Source: Bulleidia sp. (GTDB taxonomy: Bacteria > Bacillota_I > Bacilli_A > Erysipelotrichales > Erysipelotrichaceae). Taken from it: a stretch of DNA of 64,000 nucleotides. Under the pieces are notes generated by a model that had not been told where the DNA came from, made no database searches, and worked only from the letters and a program-made list of their open reading frames with translations. The stretch spans positions 5,794 to 69,793 of the forward strand of contig JAXDWO010000004.1 of the NCBI GenBank assembly GCA_034088345.1, in the 5' to 3' direction. Every line of letters begins with the position of its first letter. Position 1 is the first letter of the stretch. The position numbers and the translations under genes are program-made. This document shows, piece by piece, positions 18,936 through 28,028 of this stretch.

Positions 18936-21900
18936 TTATTCTTCGTTTTGAATCTTTAACTTTTGCATTAACTTGTTGAAACGAATTTGTGCATCTTTCT
19001 TTGTCTTTTCAAACATTGAATGAGCAACTTCTTCGCCCTTAAGTCTTGGTAAGTTGAAGTAACGAGCTTCAGCCATTAAGAATGATTCGAACTTATCCCA
19101 GTCAGGAGTCTTTGTAGAATCAAATTGTAATGGTTTTTCTAATCTTGGGTCAAATCTATATAGAGTTGTATAACCACAAGCTACAGCATCCTTTTGTCTT
19201 GTTGGAGCGTTGATTAAGCCACCCTTAATACCGTGTTCTGCACATGGGCAGTATGCGATAACGATAGATGGTCCATCATAGCTTTCAGCTTCTTTGAATG
19301 CTTTGATTGTTTGAGCTTGGTTAGCACCCATACATACAGAAGCAACATAAGCTGTTCCATATTCCATGAAGATTTGTCCTAAGTCTTTCTTAGTTGTTGG
19401 TTTACCACCAGCAGCGAACTTAGCAATAGCTGAGTAGTTTGTAGACTTAGAAGCTTGTCCACCAGTATTAGAATATGTTTCTGTATCTAGTACTAGAACG
19501 TTAACATTTAAGTTGTTAGCCATAACGTGATCTAATCCACCGTAGCCGATATCATAAGACCATCCGTCACCACCGATAATCCATACAGATTTACCAACTA
19601 AATCTCTTTCCATTTCTAGTAATGGTTTAACTGCTTCATTACTTGATGCTTTAACAGCAGCAACTAATTCATCCTTAACAGCACGTTGAGCATTTCTGTC
19701 TTCTTTTGCGTCTAGGTATTTTTGGAATGCTGCTTTGCATTCTGGTTCTACTTTATCAATATTTTCTTCGATAATACGTAGGATTCTAGCACACTTTGTA
19801 GCTTGAGCTACAGCCATACCGAATCCATATTCAGCATTATCTTCAAATAGTGAGTTAGCCCAAGCAACACCATTACCATCTTTATCTGTTGTAAATGGGT
19901 TAGATGGAGTAGCAGAGCAGTAAATCATAGAACATCCAGTAGCGTTAGCTACAAGCATATCTTTACCGAATAATTGAGAAGCTAATCTATAGTAAGGAGC
20001 TTCACCACATCCTGGACAGCATCCAGATACTTCGAAGTATGGTTTTTCTAGAGAAACACCAGCTGGAGTATTTGCATTACCATATTGTGGTTTTTCAGGA
20101 GTATGTTTGTATAAGTATTCAGCAACAGGTTGTTGTTTTGTTTGTGTTGCAATAGGTCTAGCAACAAGAGCACCAGGATTTTCCTTTGTATTAGGAATTG
20201 GGCAGGCTGTCATACATACGCCACATCCTACACAGTTTTCTGTAGAGATTTGGATTCTGAACTTCAAGCCTTCTTCTTTTGCTTTTCCATAAAGTGGAGA
20301 TGGTTCTTTATATGTTAATTCGAAACCATTTTCAGTAGCAATCTTGCTAGCTTCTGCACATTCTTCAGGAGTCATTAAGAATGGACGAATTGTAGCATGA
20401 GGACAAGCGAATGCACATGCACCACATTGTACACACTTATCTGCATTCCATTCAGGAACATAAGCAGCAATATTACGAGCTTCTCTGAATGATACGTCTT
20501 CCTTCATTGTTCCATCAACTAGTTCAGGATCAGTGAATTCAGAAACTTTCATGTTGTAACCTTCAAGAGAGTTAATCTTTTGAACGAATCCATCATAGTA
20601 TGCATCACCAGTTTCCTTGTATAATGCACCCTTAGATGTTAAGTTGCTCCATTCAGGATTTACTGTAACTTCTACAAGACCTTCAGCACCTTTGTTAATA
20701 GCAGCAATGTTGTTGTCTACAACATCTTGACCCTTACGAGCATATGTTGTACGAGCAGATTCTTCCATTAACTGTAAGCTCTTAGAATAAGGCATGATTT
20801 GTTCATTTAGCTTGAAGAATGCTGATTGTAGGATTGTATTTGTATGAGAACCCATGTGAGTTTCACGAGCAATCGCATTAGCATTGATGATGAAGAATTT
20901 AGCATGTTTATCAGCTAAGCCTTTTAACATTCTGTTAGGAAGTTTATCAGCTACTTCATCAGCAGACATAGTTGTATTTAATAAGAAAGTACCACCATCT
21001 TTTAAGTCACGAACCATATCGAACTTGAATGCATAAGATTCTTGAGAAGATGAAATGAAATCTGCCTTATTGATGTAGTAAGGAGAATGAATTGGTGTAG
21101 GACCAAATCTTAAGTGAGATCTTGTAACACCACCAGCTTTTTTAGAGTCATATGCAAAGTATGCTTGAGAATATAGATCAGTATTGTTACCAATGATCTT
21201 AACTGTAGATTTATTAGCACCTACTGTACCATCAGCACCTAATCCATAGAATAAGCATGTTGTATAGTCAGCATCAACATGGATATCAACTGGTGCAAGT
21301 GATAAGTTAGTAACATCATCTTCAATACCAATTGTGAATTCTTCTTTTGGAGAATCCTTCTTTAATTCTTCATAAACAGCATTGATGTGGCTTGGGTTAG
21401 TATCTTTAGAAGATAGACCGTAACGACCGCCAATGAATGTAATATCTTTATGTTTTCTTAGTGCATAGCAAACATCTAAGAATAATGGTTCTCTTGTACC
21501 AACTTCTTTAGCTCTATCAAGAACAGCAATCTTCTTAACTGATGCAGGAAGTACTTCTTCTAGATATTTTTCAGAGAATGGTCTGTATAAGTAAACCTTA
21601 ATTAAACCAACTTTTTCGCCTCTAGCTACTAATGTGTTAACTGTTTCTGTGATTGTATCAGTAACAGAACCCATAGCGATAATAACTCTTTCAGCTTCTG
21701 GATGACCAACATATACAAATGGTGCATAGTTACGTCCAGTATGTTCAGAAATAGCCTTCATGTATTTAGCAGCGATTTCAGGAACAGCATCAAAATGTTT
21801 GTTTTGAGCTTCTTCAGCCTGGAAGAAGATATCATCATTTTGGTTAGTACCACGTACAACTGGATTTGTATGTGGGTTTAGAGCTTTTTCACGGAATGCT

Positions 21901-22511
21901 TCTAGTTTTTCAACTGGTAATAAGCTCTTTAAGAAGTCATAATCCATAACTTCTATCTTGTCATATTCATGAGATGTACGGAAACCATCAAAGAAATGCA
22001 TTACAGGAACTGAACCATCGATAGCGATTAAGTGAGCAGCACCTGCTAAGTCCATACAGTCTTGAACTGAATGTGAACACATCATAACAATACCTGTTTG
22101 ACGGCAAGCATAAACGTCTGAATGATCACCGAAAATAGATAGTGTATGAGTTGCTAAAGAACGAGCTGCTACATGAATAACACCTGGTAGTAATTCACCC
22201 TTTAACTTGTAAATGTTTGGAATCATTAATAATAGACCCTGTGATGCAGTGAATGTAGTTGCTAAAGAACCAGCTTGTAATGCGCCGTGAATTGCACCAG
22301 CAGCACCACCTTCAGCCTGCATTTCGACAACCTTTACCTTGTCGCCGAAAATATTTGTACGACCTTCTGTTGCCCAGTCGTCAACATGTTCTGCCATCGG
22401 AGATGATGGCGTGATTGGATAGATACCTGCTACTTCAGTAAATGCGTAAGCAGAATGCGCAGTGGCAGTATTACCATCCATTGCTTCAAAAACCTTTTTT
22501 GTTTCTGTCAT
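18936..22511 (-). CDS. nifJ: Pyruvate:ferredoxin (flavodoxin) oxidoreductase
   Basis: 1191 aa with two 4Fe-4S motifs (CVQCGACAFACP and CVGCGVCMTACP) and a TPP-binding GGDGW motif. Full-length NifJ/PFOR architecture. Confidence 0.95.
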   Translation of the reverse strand: MTETKKVFEAMDGNTATAHSAYAFTEVAGIYPITPSSPMAEHVDDWATEGRTNIFGDKVKVVEMQAEGGAAGAIHGALQAGSLATTFTASQGLLLMIPNIYKLKGELLPGVIHVAARSLATHTLSIFGDHSDVYACRQTGIVMMCSHSVQDCMDLAGAAHLIAIDGSVPVMHFFDGFRTSHEYDKIEVMDYDFLKSLLPVEKLEAFREKALNPHTNPVVRGTNQNDDIFFQAEEAQNKHFDAVPEIAAKYMKAISEHTGRNYAPFVYVGHPEAERVIIAMGSVTDTITETVNTLVARGEKVGLIKVYLYRPFSEKYLEEVLPASVKKIAVLDRAKEVGTREPLFLDVCYALRKHKDITFIGGRYGLSSKDTNPSHINAVYEELKKDSPKEEFTIGIEDDVTNLSLAPVDIHVDADYTTCLFYGLGADGTVGANKSTVKIIGNNTDLYSQAYFAYDSKKAGGVTRSHLRFGPTPIHSPYYINKADFISSSQESYAFKFDMVRDLKDGGTFLLNTTMSADEVADKLPNRMLKGLADKHAKFFIINANAIARETHMGSHTNTILQSAFFKLNEQIMPYSKSLQLMEESARTTYARKGQDVVDNNIAAINKGAEGLVEVTVNPEWSNLTSKGALYKETGDAYYDGFVQKINSLEGYNMKVSEFTDPELVDGTMKEDVSFREARNIAAYVPEWNADKCVQCGACAFACPHATIRPFLMTPEECAEASKIATENGFELTYKEPSPLYGKAKEEGLKFRIQISTENCVGCGVCMTACPIPNTKENPGALVARPIATQTKQQPVAEYLYKHTPEKPQYGNANTPAGVSLEKPYFEVSGCCPGCGEAPYYRLASQLFGKDMLVANATGCSMIYCSATPSNPFTTDKDGNGVAWANSLFEDNAEYGFGMAVAQATKCARILRIIEENIDKVEPECKAAFQKYLDAKEDRNAQRAVKDELVAAVKASSNEAVKPLLEMERDLVGKSVWIIGGDGWSYDIGYGGLDHVMANNLNVNVLVLDTETYSNTGGQASKSTNYSAIAKFAAGGKPTTKKDLGQIFMEYGTAYVASVCMGANQAQTIKAFKEAESYDGPSIVIAYCPCAEHGIKGGLINAPTRQKDAVACGYTTLYRFDPRLEKPLQFDSTKTPDWDKFESFLMAEARYFNLPRLKGEEVAHSMFEKTKKDAQIRFNKLMQKLKIQNEE

Positions 22512-22793
22512 ATTTCCTCCTGTGTTACGGAATAATTATATGATAGAAAACAACAAATTGAGCATAAAATTGTGAAATTTGTAAACCTTTTCAATAATAA
22601 GCAAACTTTTAGTATACTAATGGTAAAGATAAGGACCCAAAAATGGATAATACAAAAAAAAGATGTTACGAATTAGCAACATCAATACAAAAGAAACAAC
22701 CATGGAACTATATGATATTGATTGGAATGTCATAGAAGAAATTTTCGATGATCTTGAAGAAACATTTAATCTTTTTAATGAAGATGAAGAACA

Positions 22794-22822
22794 ATAAAAA
22801 AGTCTCATTCGAGACTTTTTTA
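22794..22822. terminator. Bidirectional terminator
   Basis: AAAAAGTCTC-ATTC-GAGACTTTTTT: a perfect stem flanked by an A-run and a T-run, lying just downstream of the yneF-like gene on the minus strand. Confidence 0.7.
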
Positions 22823-23038
22823 TTGTTGCTGATTCATTGATTTCATTACTTGCTTGATTTGAGCTTCGCTTGGCTTTCTTCCCATTTGAAGGAACATAGC
22901 ACGAATCATTTTTTCTGATACAGGAGGATTCTCCTTTAATTGTTTTGTGAAGCTCTTTCTTGCTAAAAAGAAACCAATAGCGGCTCCTACAACGCCACCT
23001 AATACAAACCATAAAATGGATGACACAAATGGACTCAT
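22820..23038 (-). CDS. UPF0154 (YneF-like) small membrane protein
   Basis: 72 aa with a single N-terminal TM and the tail SEKMIRAMFLQMGRKPSEAQIKQVMKSM, characteristic of the YneF family. Confidence 0.8.
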   Translation of the reverse strand: MSPFVSSILWFVLGGVVGAAIGFFLARKSFTKQLKENPPVSEKMIRAMFLQMGRKPSEAQIKQVMKSMNQQQ

Positions 23039-23136
23039 ATTATCACCACCTTTTCATTAAGACATTCTATTATTTTTGTAGCAACTTTGCAAGATTCTTA
23101 ATATATTTCACGACTGTTAATGTGTATAATAGAGAA

Positions 23137-24405
23137 ATGAAATTTAAACAACTATTAAAACTATTACTTTCTTTTATGCTTATCTTCCCTGTTATGTTCA
23201 ATCAAAATATACAGGCAGAAGAATTAGATATCAATGTTTTAAGTCCTTATGCATATTTATATGATTTAGAAAATGGACAAGTTCTTTACGATAAAAATGG
23301 TGAAGAAAAAATATATCCTGCTTCTATGACAAAACTAATGACAGCTCTTATTGCTATAGAACATTTAGATTTAGATCAAAAAATATTGATTACTTCTGAA
23401 ATGTATGCTCCTTTTGCTGGAATAAATGCTTCTATAGCAGGATTTAGCATAGGGGAAGAACCTACTGTAAGAGATTTACTATATGGCCTGTTACTACCTT
23501 CTGGAGCTGACAGCGCTTGTGTGTTAGCTTATGCTGTTGCTGGTAATATAGATTCATTTGTTTTACTTATGAACGATAAAGTAAATGAATTAAATTTAGA
23601 AAATACGCATTTTACAAATACAACCGGTTTACATAATCCTAATCAATATTCAACATGTAAAGATATTGCAAGAATCTGCAGTGAAGTTGTTCAATATGAT
23701 GCAATAAAAGAAATATTAGAAACAAAAAACTATACTACTGGTCCTTTACTTCATCACCCTGATGGTTTAGCAATTAATGACCATATATCCGATACACTGC
23801 GTTATGGTATTACAGGATTTGTTGGTGGTAAGACGGGCTATACACCTGATGCTGGTAGATGTTTAGCAAGTTATGCTGTTATTAACGGTATACCTTGTAT
23901 TTTGGTTACAGCTGCTGCTAATGATAGTATTACACCACAAAACGATGCCTATGAAACCTATAACTATTTAAGTGAATATTACACTCGTACTGTTCTTATT
24001 GATCCAAATGAAATAGTAAAAACTATTCCTGTTAAAGGTGGTAAAAAAGTAAAAGAAATTAGTGTAAATGCCTCAAGTTCATGTAACGCTGATATTCCTA
24101 TAAATAGTGAAATTAGCACATCTATTGATTTACCTGATAAATTACAAGCTCCCCTATCAAAAGACACACAAATAGGTACAATTACAGTAAGCGTTGATGA
24201 GAATGAATATTGTTCATCAGCTATTTATATTCAAGAAGATATAGCTGAAAGTATCCCTTCTATTATCTTCCACTTTATCGAAGATAATTTCTTACTACTA
24301 TGTCTAGTATTCATCATATTCGTTCTACTATTCATCAAAAAGCAAATAGCAAAACAAAGACGCCGAAAAAGAAGAAAAAAGAGAAATACAACAAAAAAGT
24401 CCTAA
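23137..24405 (+). CDS. D-alanyl-D-alanine carboxypeptidase (S11, PBP5-like) with C-terminal TM anchor and basic tail
   Basis: Signal peptide from MKFKQLLKLL. SxxK (ASMTK), SGAD-type and KTG (GGKTGYT) motifs. C-terminal TM followed by RRRKRRKKR. The 39 upstream codons of the track ORF look non-coding. Confidence 0.8.
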   Translation: MKFKQLLKLLLSFMLIFPVMFNQNIQAEELDINVLSPYAYLYDLENGQVLYDKNGEEKIYPASMTKLMTALIAIEHLDLDQKILITSEMYAPFAGINASIAGFSIGEEPTVRDLLYGLLLPSGADSACVLAYAVAGNIDSFVLLMNDKVNELNLENTHFTNTTGLHNPNQYSTCKDIARICSEVVQYDAIKEILETKNYTTGPLLHHPDGLAINDHISDTLRYGITGFVGGKTGYTPDAGRCLASYAVINGIPCILVTAAANDSITPQNDAYETYNYLSEYYTRTVLIDPNEIVKTIPVKGGKKVKEISVNASSSCNADIPINSEISTSIDLPDKLQAPLSKDTQIGTITVSVDENEYCSSAIYIQEDIAESIPSIIFHFIEDNFLLLCLVFIIFVLLFIKKQIAKQRRRKRRKKRNTTKKS

Positions 24406-24486
24406 ATTAACTATTAGTCAGTTTGGGACAATTTTTCTTTTATCCTGTTTAAATATCATTTATACGCTCCATACATTTTATTATAC

Positions 24487-24514
24487 AAAATTAAAAAGCA
24501 CACCGAAGTGTGCT
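24487..24514 (-). terminator. Terminator of the sRNA downstream of aspS
   Basis: AGCACAC-CGAA-GTGTGCT hairpin followed on the minus strand by TTTTTAATTTT. Confidence 0.65.
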
Positions 24515-24685
24515 AAATAGTTCAATAAGACAGGAAGGCTGATATGTTCCCTCTTTTGTAGAGGTGGGTGTCCTTGGTCAACCATTAGGATTCTTAGTCG
24601 TACTAAGCATTCACACCGATATCTCCAGTCAGGATTCCCTTATATCGTAGTGTAGGAAAAATACGATACCTCCCTGTGCACATAA
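24515..24685 (-). ncRNA. ssrS: Structured sRNA, probably 6S RNA
   Basis: A 9-bp closing stem ACAGGGAGG (24669-24677) pairs with CCTTCCTGT (24530-24538) and encloses about 130 nt. Inside are internal hairpins TATCGTA/TACGATA, CTTAG/CTAAG and CCTCT/AGAGG, plus a CCT-TGG-TTGA-CCA-AGG hairpin. There is no ORF, and the element has its own terminator. As far as I recall, the position immediately downstream of aspS matches Bacillus subtilis bsrA (6S-1). Confidence 0.5.
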
Positions 24686-24723
24686 TCATATCAATACAAT
24701 ACTATTAAGTATAGTCTTGACTT

Positions 24724-26478
24724 TTATTTCTTTTCTTTAATTTGAATTCCCAAGATGTTTAGTTGTTTTTCATCAACAACGTTTGGTGCATCACTCATTA
24801 AATCTAATGAACTGTTTGTTGTTGGGAAAGCTACAACATCTCTGATATTTTCTGTACCAGCTAATACCATTGTTAATCTTTCTAGACCAATACCTACACC
24901 ACCATGAGGAGGAGTACCATATTTAAATGCATCTAAGAAGAAACCAAATTTAGCTACAGCTTGTTCCATAGTTAAGCCAATTGCTTCAAATACTTTTTCT
25001 TGTAATTCTTGATCATGAATACGGATAGAACCACTTAATAATTCATAACCATTTAATACTAAGTCATATGCTCTACTTGAAACATGTGCAGGATCTGTAA
25101 ATAGTTTATCAATATCTTCTTCTTTAGGAGCAGTAAATGGGTGGTGAGCTGCTACATATCTTTGTTCTTCTTCACTATATTCAAACATAGGGAAGTCTGT
25201 TACCCATAAGAACTTATAGCATGTTTCATGAGGAATTAAATCTAACTCTCTTGCTAGTCTTACTCTTAATGCACCAAGTCCTGTTTCAACTGTTCTTTCT
25301 TTATCTGCAATACATAGAACTAAATCCCCATCTTTTAAATCTAAAGCATTTGTAATACTTTCTTTTTCAACGTCACTTAATACTTTAGCAATTGAACCAG
25401 AAATAGTTCCATTTTCTTTCTTCAGATATGCTAATGCTTTAGCACCAAAGCCTGATTTAACAAATTCCTGTAATTGATCAAGGTTTTTACGACTGTATTT
25501 ATCAGCAGCGTTTTCAAACTTGATCATACCAATCATACCTTCAGCTTCAACGACATTTTTGAATACCTGGAATTCTGTTTCTTTAAATAAGTCAGTTACA
25601 TCATGAATTTCATTACCAAAACGTAAATCCGGTTTATCACTACCATATTTCTTCATACATGTTTCCCAAGGGATACGTACAAAGTGGTCTTCTAAATCAT
25701 AATTAACTGTACCTTTGAAGATATCTTTCATTAATTTTTCGACAATACCGAAAATTTCATCTTCATCAACAAAACTCATTTCAATATCAATTTGTGTAAA
25801 TTCAGGTTGACGGTCAGCACGTAAGTCTTCATCTCTAAAGCAACGGGCAATCTGGAAATAACGTTCCATACCACCAATCATTAATAATTGCTTATAAATT
25901 TGAGGAGATTGTGGTAAAGCCCAGAATTTACCATTATAAATTCTTGATGGAACTAAATAATCACGAGCTCCTTCAGGTGTAGATCTAGCTAAAATTGGTG
26001 TTTCTACTTCAACAAATCCTTCGCTGTCTAAAGTGTTACGAGCAATCATACAAATCTTATGACGTAACATTAAATTCTTTTGGATTACTGGTCTTCTGAT
26101 ATCTAAATAACGATATTTAAGTCTTGTATCTTCAAGTGAGTCTGTTTCATCAGAAATCGTGAATGGTGGAGTTAAAGCAGAGTTGATGATTTTAACATCT
26201 TCTACATGTACTTCAATTTCACCTGTAGGCATTTTAGGGTTTGCATCTTTACGAAGTTGCACAGTACCTACAACCTGTAAAACATATTCACTACGAACAT
26301 CTTTTACTTTTTCAGCCATTGTTTCATCAAATGTTAGCTGAACAATACCTGATCTGTCTCTTAAATCAATAAATACTAGTGAGCCAAGATTTCTACGTTT
26401 ACTTACCCAGCCAATTAAAGTAACTTTTTTACCGGCATCTTCTTTTCTTAAAGTACCATTTCCATTTGTTCTTTCCAT
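24724..26478 (-). CDS. aspS: Aspartate--tRNA ligase
   Basis: 584 aa with an OB-fold N-terminus and class II motifs (FQIARCFRDED, GGVGIGLERL). Confidence 0.95.
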   Translation of the reverse strand: MERTNGNGTLRKEDAGKKVTLIGWVSKRRNLGSLVFIDLRDRSGIVQLTFDETMAEKVKDVRSEYVLQVVGTVQLRKDANPKMPTGEIEVHVEDVKIINSALTPPFTISDETDSLEDTRLKYRYLDIRRPVIQKNLMLRHKICMIARNTLDSEGFVEVETPILARSTPEGARDYLVPSRIYNGKFWALPQSPQIYKQLLMIGGMERYFQIARCFRDEDLRADRQPEFTQIDIEMSFVDEDEIFGIVEKLMKDIFKGTVNYDLEDHFVRIPWETCMKKYGSDKPDLRFGNEIHDVTDLFKETEFQVFKNVVEAEGMIGMIKFENAADKYSRKNLDQLQEFVKSGFGAKALAYLKKENGTISGSIAKVLSDVEKESITNALDLKDGDLVLCIADKERTVETGLGALRVRLARELDLIPHETCYKFLWVTDFPMFEYSEEEQRYVAAHHPFTAPKEEDIDKLFTDPAHVSSRAYDLVLNGYELLSGSIRIHDQELQEKVFEAIGLTMEQAVAKFGFFLDAFKYGTPPHGGVGIGLERLTMVLAGTENIRDVVAFPTTNSSLDLMSDAPNVVDEKQLNILGIQIKEKK

Positions 26479-26490
26479 GTTATCTCCTTC

Positions 26491-27753
26491 TTATGCATTC
26501 CATGATTCAATCTGTTTTTCGATATCATCAATAGAAACTGTTACCTGTTCACGTGTAGCTGTATTTTTCAAGTTAACTACACCCTCTTTTAATTCATCTT
26601 CTCCAAAGATAATGATGTATTTCGCTTTATTTCTATCTGCACTCTTAAATTGAGCTTTTAAAGAGCGAGCAGTCATGTTTACTTCGCATTTATAACCTTT
26701 ATCACGTAGTTTATTTGCAATAACTAGTGGAGTGCTGCCAACATTACCTAAACTGATAACATACGCATCAAGTTCTTTTGGTAAAGTAAATTCATAGCCT
26801 TCTTCACTCGCTAGCATCAATAGTCTTTCTAAACCAATCGCAAAGCCCATACCACTAAGTTCTGGTCCACCAAAGTATTCAACTAAATGATCATATCTCC
26901 CACCAGCAAATACAGTTGCTTGAGCACCACTGTCTTTTCTTGTAGAAACAACTTCAAATACAGTATGTGTATAGTAATCCAATCCTCTTACAAGACGATT
27001 ATCAATTTCATATGGAATACCTAACGCATCTAAAGCATTTAATACTCTTTGGAAATATTCTTTTGATTCATCATTCAGGTAATCACTTAATTGTGGAGCA
27101 CTTTGAACAATAGGATTATCATGGTCTACCTTGCAATCCAAGATACGTAGTGGGTTTTGTTCATATCTTCTATGACAATCACCACAAAGTTCATCAAGAT
27201 GGTCTTTAAAATGTGTTTTTAAAGCTTCTCTATATGCACTTCTAGAAGCGTCATCACCAAGCGTATTAATTAATACCTTGTAGCTTTGAATACCTAAGCT
27301 TTTAATAATATTAATGCCAAGAGCGATTGTTTCAGCATCAATTTCAGGACTCTTGACCCCAATATTTTCTACACCAAATTGTGTAAATTGACGTTGTCTT
27401 CCTTTTTGAGGTCTTTCATGTCGAAACATTGGTCCTACATAATAGAACTTGGCTGGAAGTTCCATAGAACCATAGAATTTATGTTGATCAAAACTGCGGA
27501 TAACACCAGCTGTTCCTTCTGGTCTTAAAGTATATGATTCATCCCCAGACATAAAGGAATACATTTCTTTATTAACCATGTCACTGCTGTCATTTTCTCT
27601 TGCAAATACACCTGTACTTTCAAAATATGGTGTTCTAATTTCTTCATAACAATACTTTTCTGCAATATTACGAATCTTGTCTTCTACATCATGCCATTTA
27701 TATATTTCATCAGGCAAAATATCATATGTTCCTCTAGGTGTTTGATATGTCAT
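26491..27753 (-). CDS. hisS: Histidine--tRNA ligase
   Basis: Starts at MTYQTPRGTYD with an AAGGAGG RBS. Class II HisRS motifs are present. The 22 upstream codons of the track ORF overlap the T-box terminator. Confidence 0.9.
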   Translation of the reverse strand: MTYQTPRGTYDILPDEIYKWHDVEDKIRNIAEKYCYEEIRTPYFESTGVFARENDSSDMVNKEMYSFMSGDESYTLRPEGTAGVIRSFDQHKFYGSMELPAKFYYVGPMFRHERPQKGRQRQFTQFGVENIGVKSPEIDAETIALGINIIKSLGIQSYKVLINTLGDDASRSAYREALKTHFKDHLDELCGDCHRRYEQNPLRILDCKVDHDNPIVQSAPQLSDYLNDESKEYFQRVLNALDALGIPYEIDNRLVRGLDYYTHTVFEVVSTRKDSGAQATVFAGGRYDHLVEYFGGPELSGMGFAIGLERLLMLASEEGYEFTLPKELDAYVISLGNVGSTPLVIANKLRDKGYKCEVNMTARSLKAQFKSADRNKAKYIIIFGEDELKEGVVNLKNTATREQVTVSIDDIEKQIESWNA

Positions 27754-27995
27754 AAATCCTCCTTTTATCAAATAAAATAAAAAGCATCCCAATATAAGGA
27801 CGCTTTTGCGTGGTACCACCTTATTTCATAGATTACTCTATGCACTTAACCGTTAACGCCGTCTACGTTCTTTTCTACTATCTTCAAAAAGACTCCTCAA
27901 AAGTGTCGTTCTTTATTCCTTTAACCAATGCTTTCACCAGACCATTGTCGCTATATTTAAATCGATAAAGATTTCTTTTTCATAGGATTTTACAA
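27754..27995 (-). promoter_or_regulatory. T-box leader of the hisS-aspS operon
   Basis: T-box sequence GGTGGTACCACGC (27808-27820), terminator AGCGTCC...GGGATGCT followed by a T-run (27777-27806), stem I distal element GGTCTGGTGAAAGC, and specifier region GAACGACAC (27901-27911). Confidence 0.85.
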
Positions 27996-27999
27996 AGAG

Positions 28000-28028
28000 A
28001 TTATACTCTTGAACATTTTCTGGTGCAA
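28000..28028 (-). promoter_or_regulatory. Candidate sigma-A promoter for the hisS leader
   Basis: TTGCAC - 17 bp - TATAAT on the minus strand. The -35 element abuts the relA stop codon. Confidence 0.55.

Noticed and set aside
22617-23012. 131-aa minus-strand ORF overlapping the yneF-like gene and the nifJ upstream region
   Set aside because: It overlaps the well-recognised UPF0154 gene in another frame, reads through a perfect terminator hairpin, and has an odd composition.
23020-23136. 39-codon N-terminal extension of the DD-carboxypeptidase ORF
   Set aside because: It is Phe/Tyr-rich non-coding-looking sequence. A proper signal peptide starts at the Met at 23137.
23121-23139. Possible leaderless transcript for the DD-carboxypeptidase (TATAAT at 23125-23130, only 6 nt before the ATG)
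   Set aside because: No acceptable -35 at 16-18 bp spacing and no correctly spaced TGn extended -10 motif. This is probably a fortuitous AT-rich hexamer.
27754-27819. 22-codon N-terminal extension of hisS in the ORF track
   Set aside because: The extension covers the T-box terminator and T-box sequence. The conserved HisRS N-terminus (MTYQTPRGTYD) begins at 27753 with an AAGGAGG RBS.
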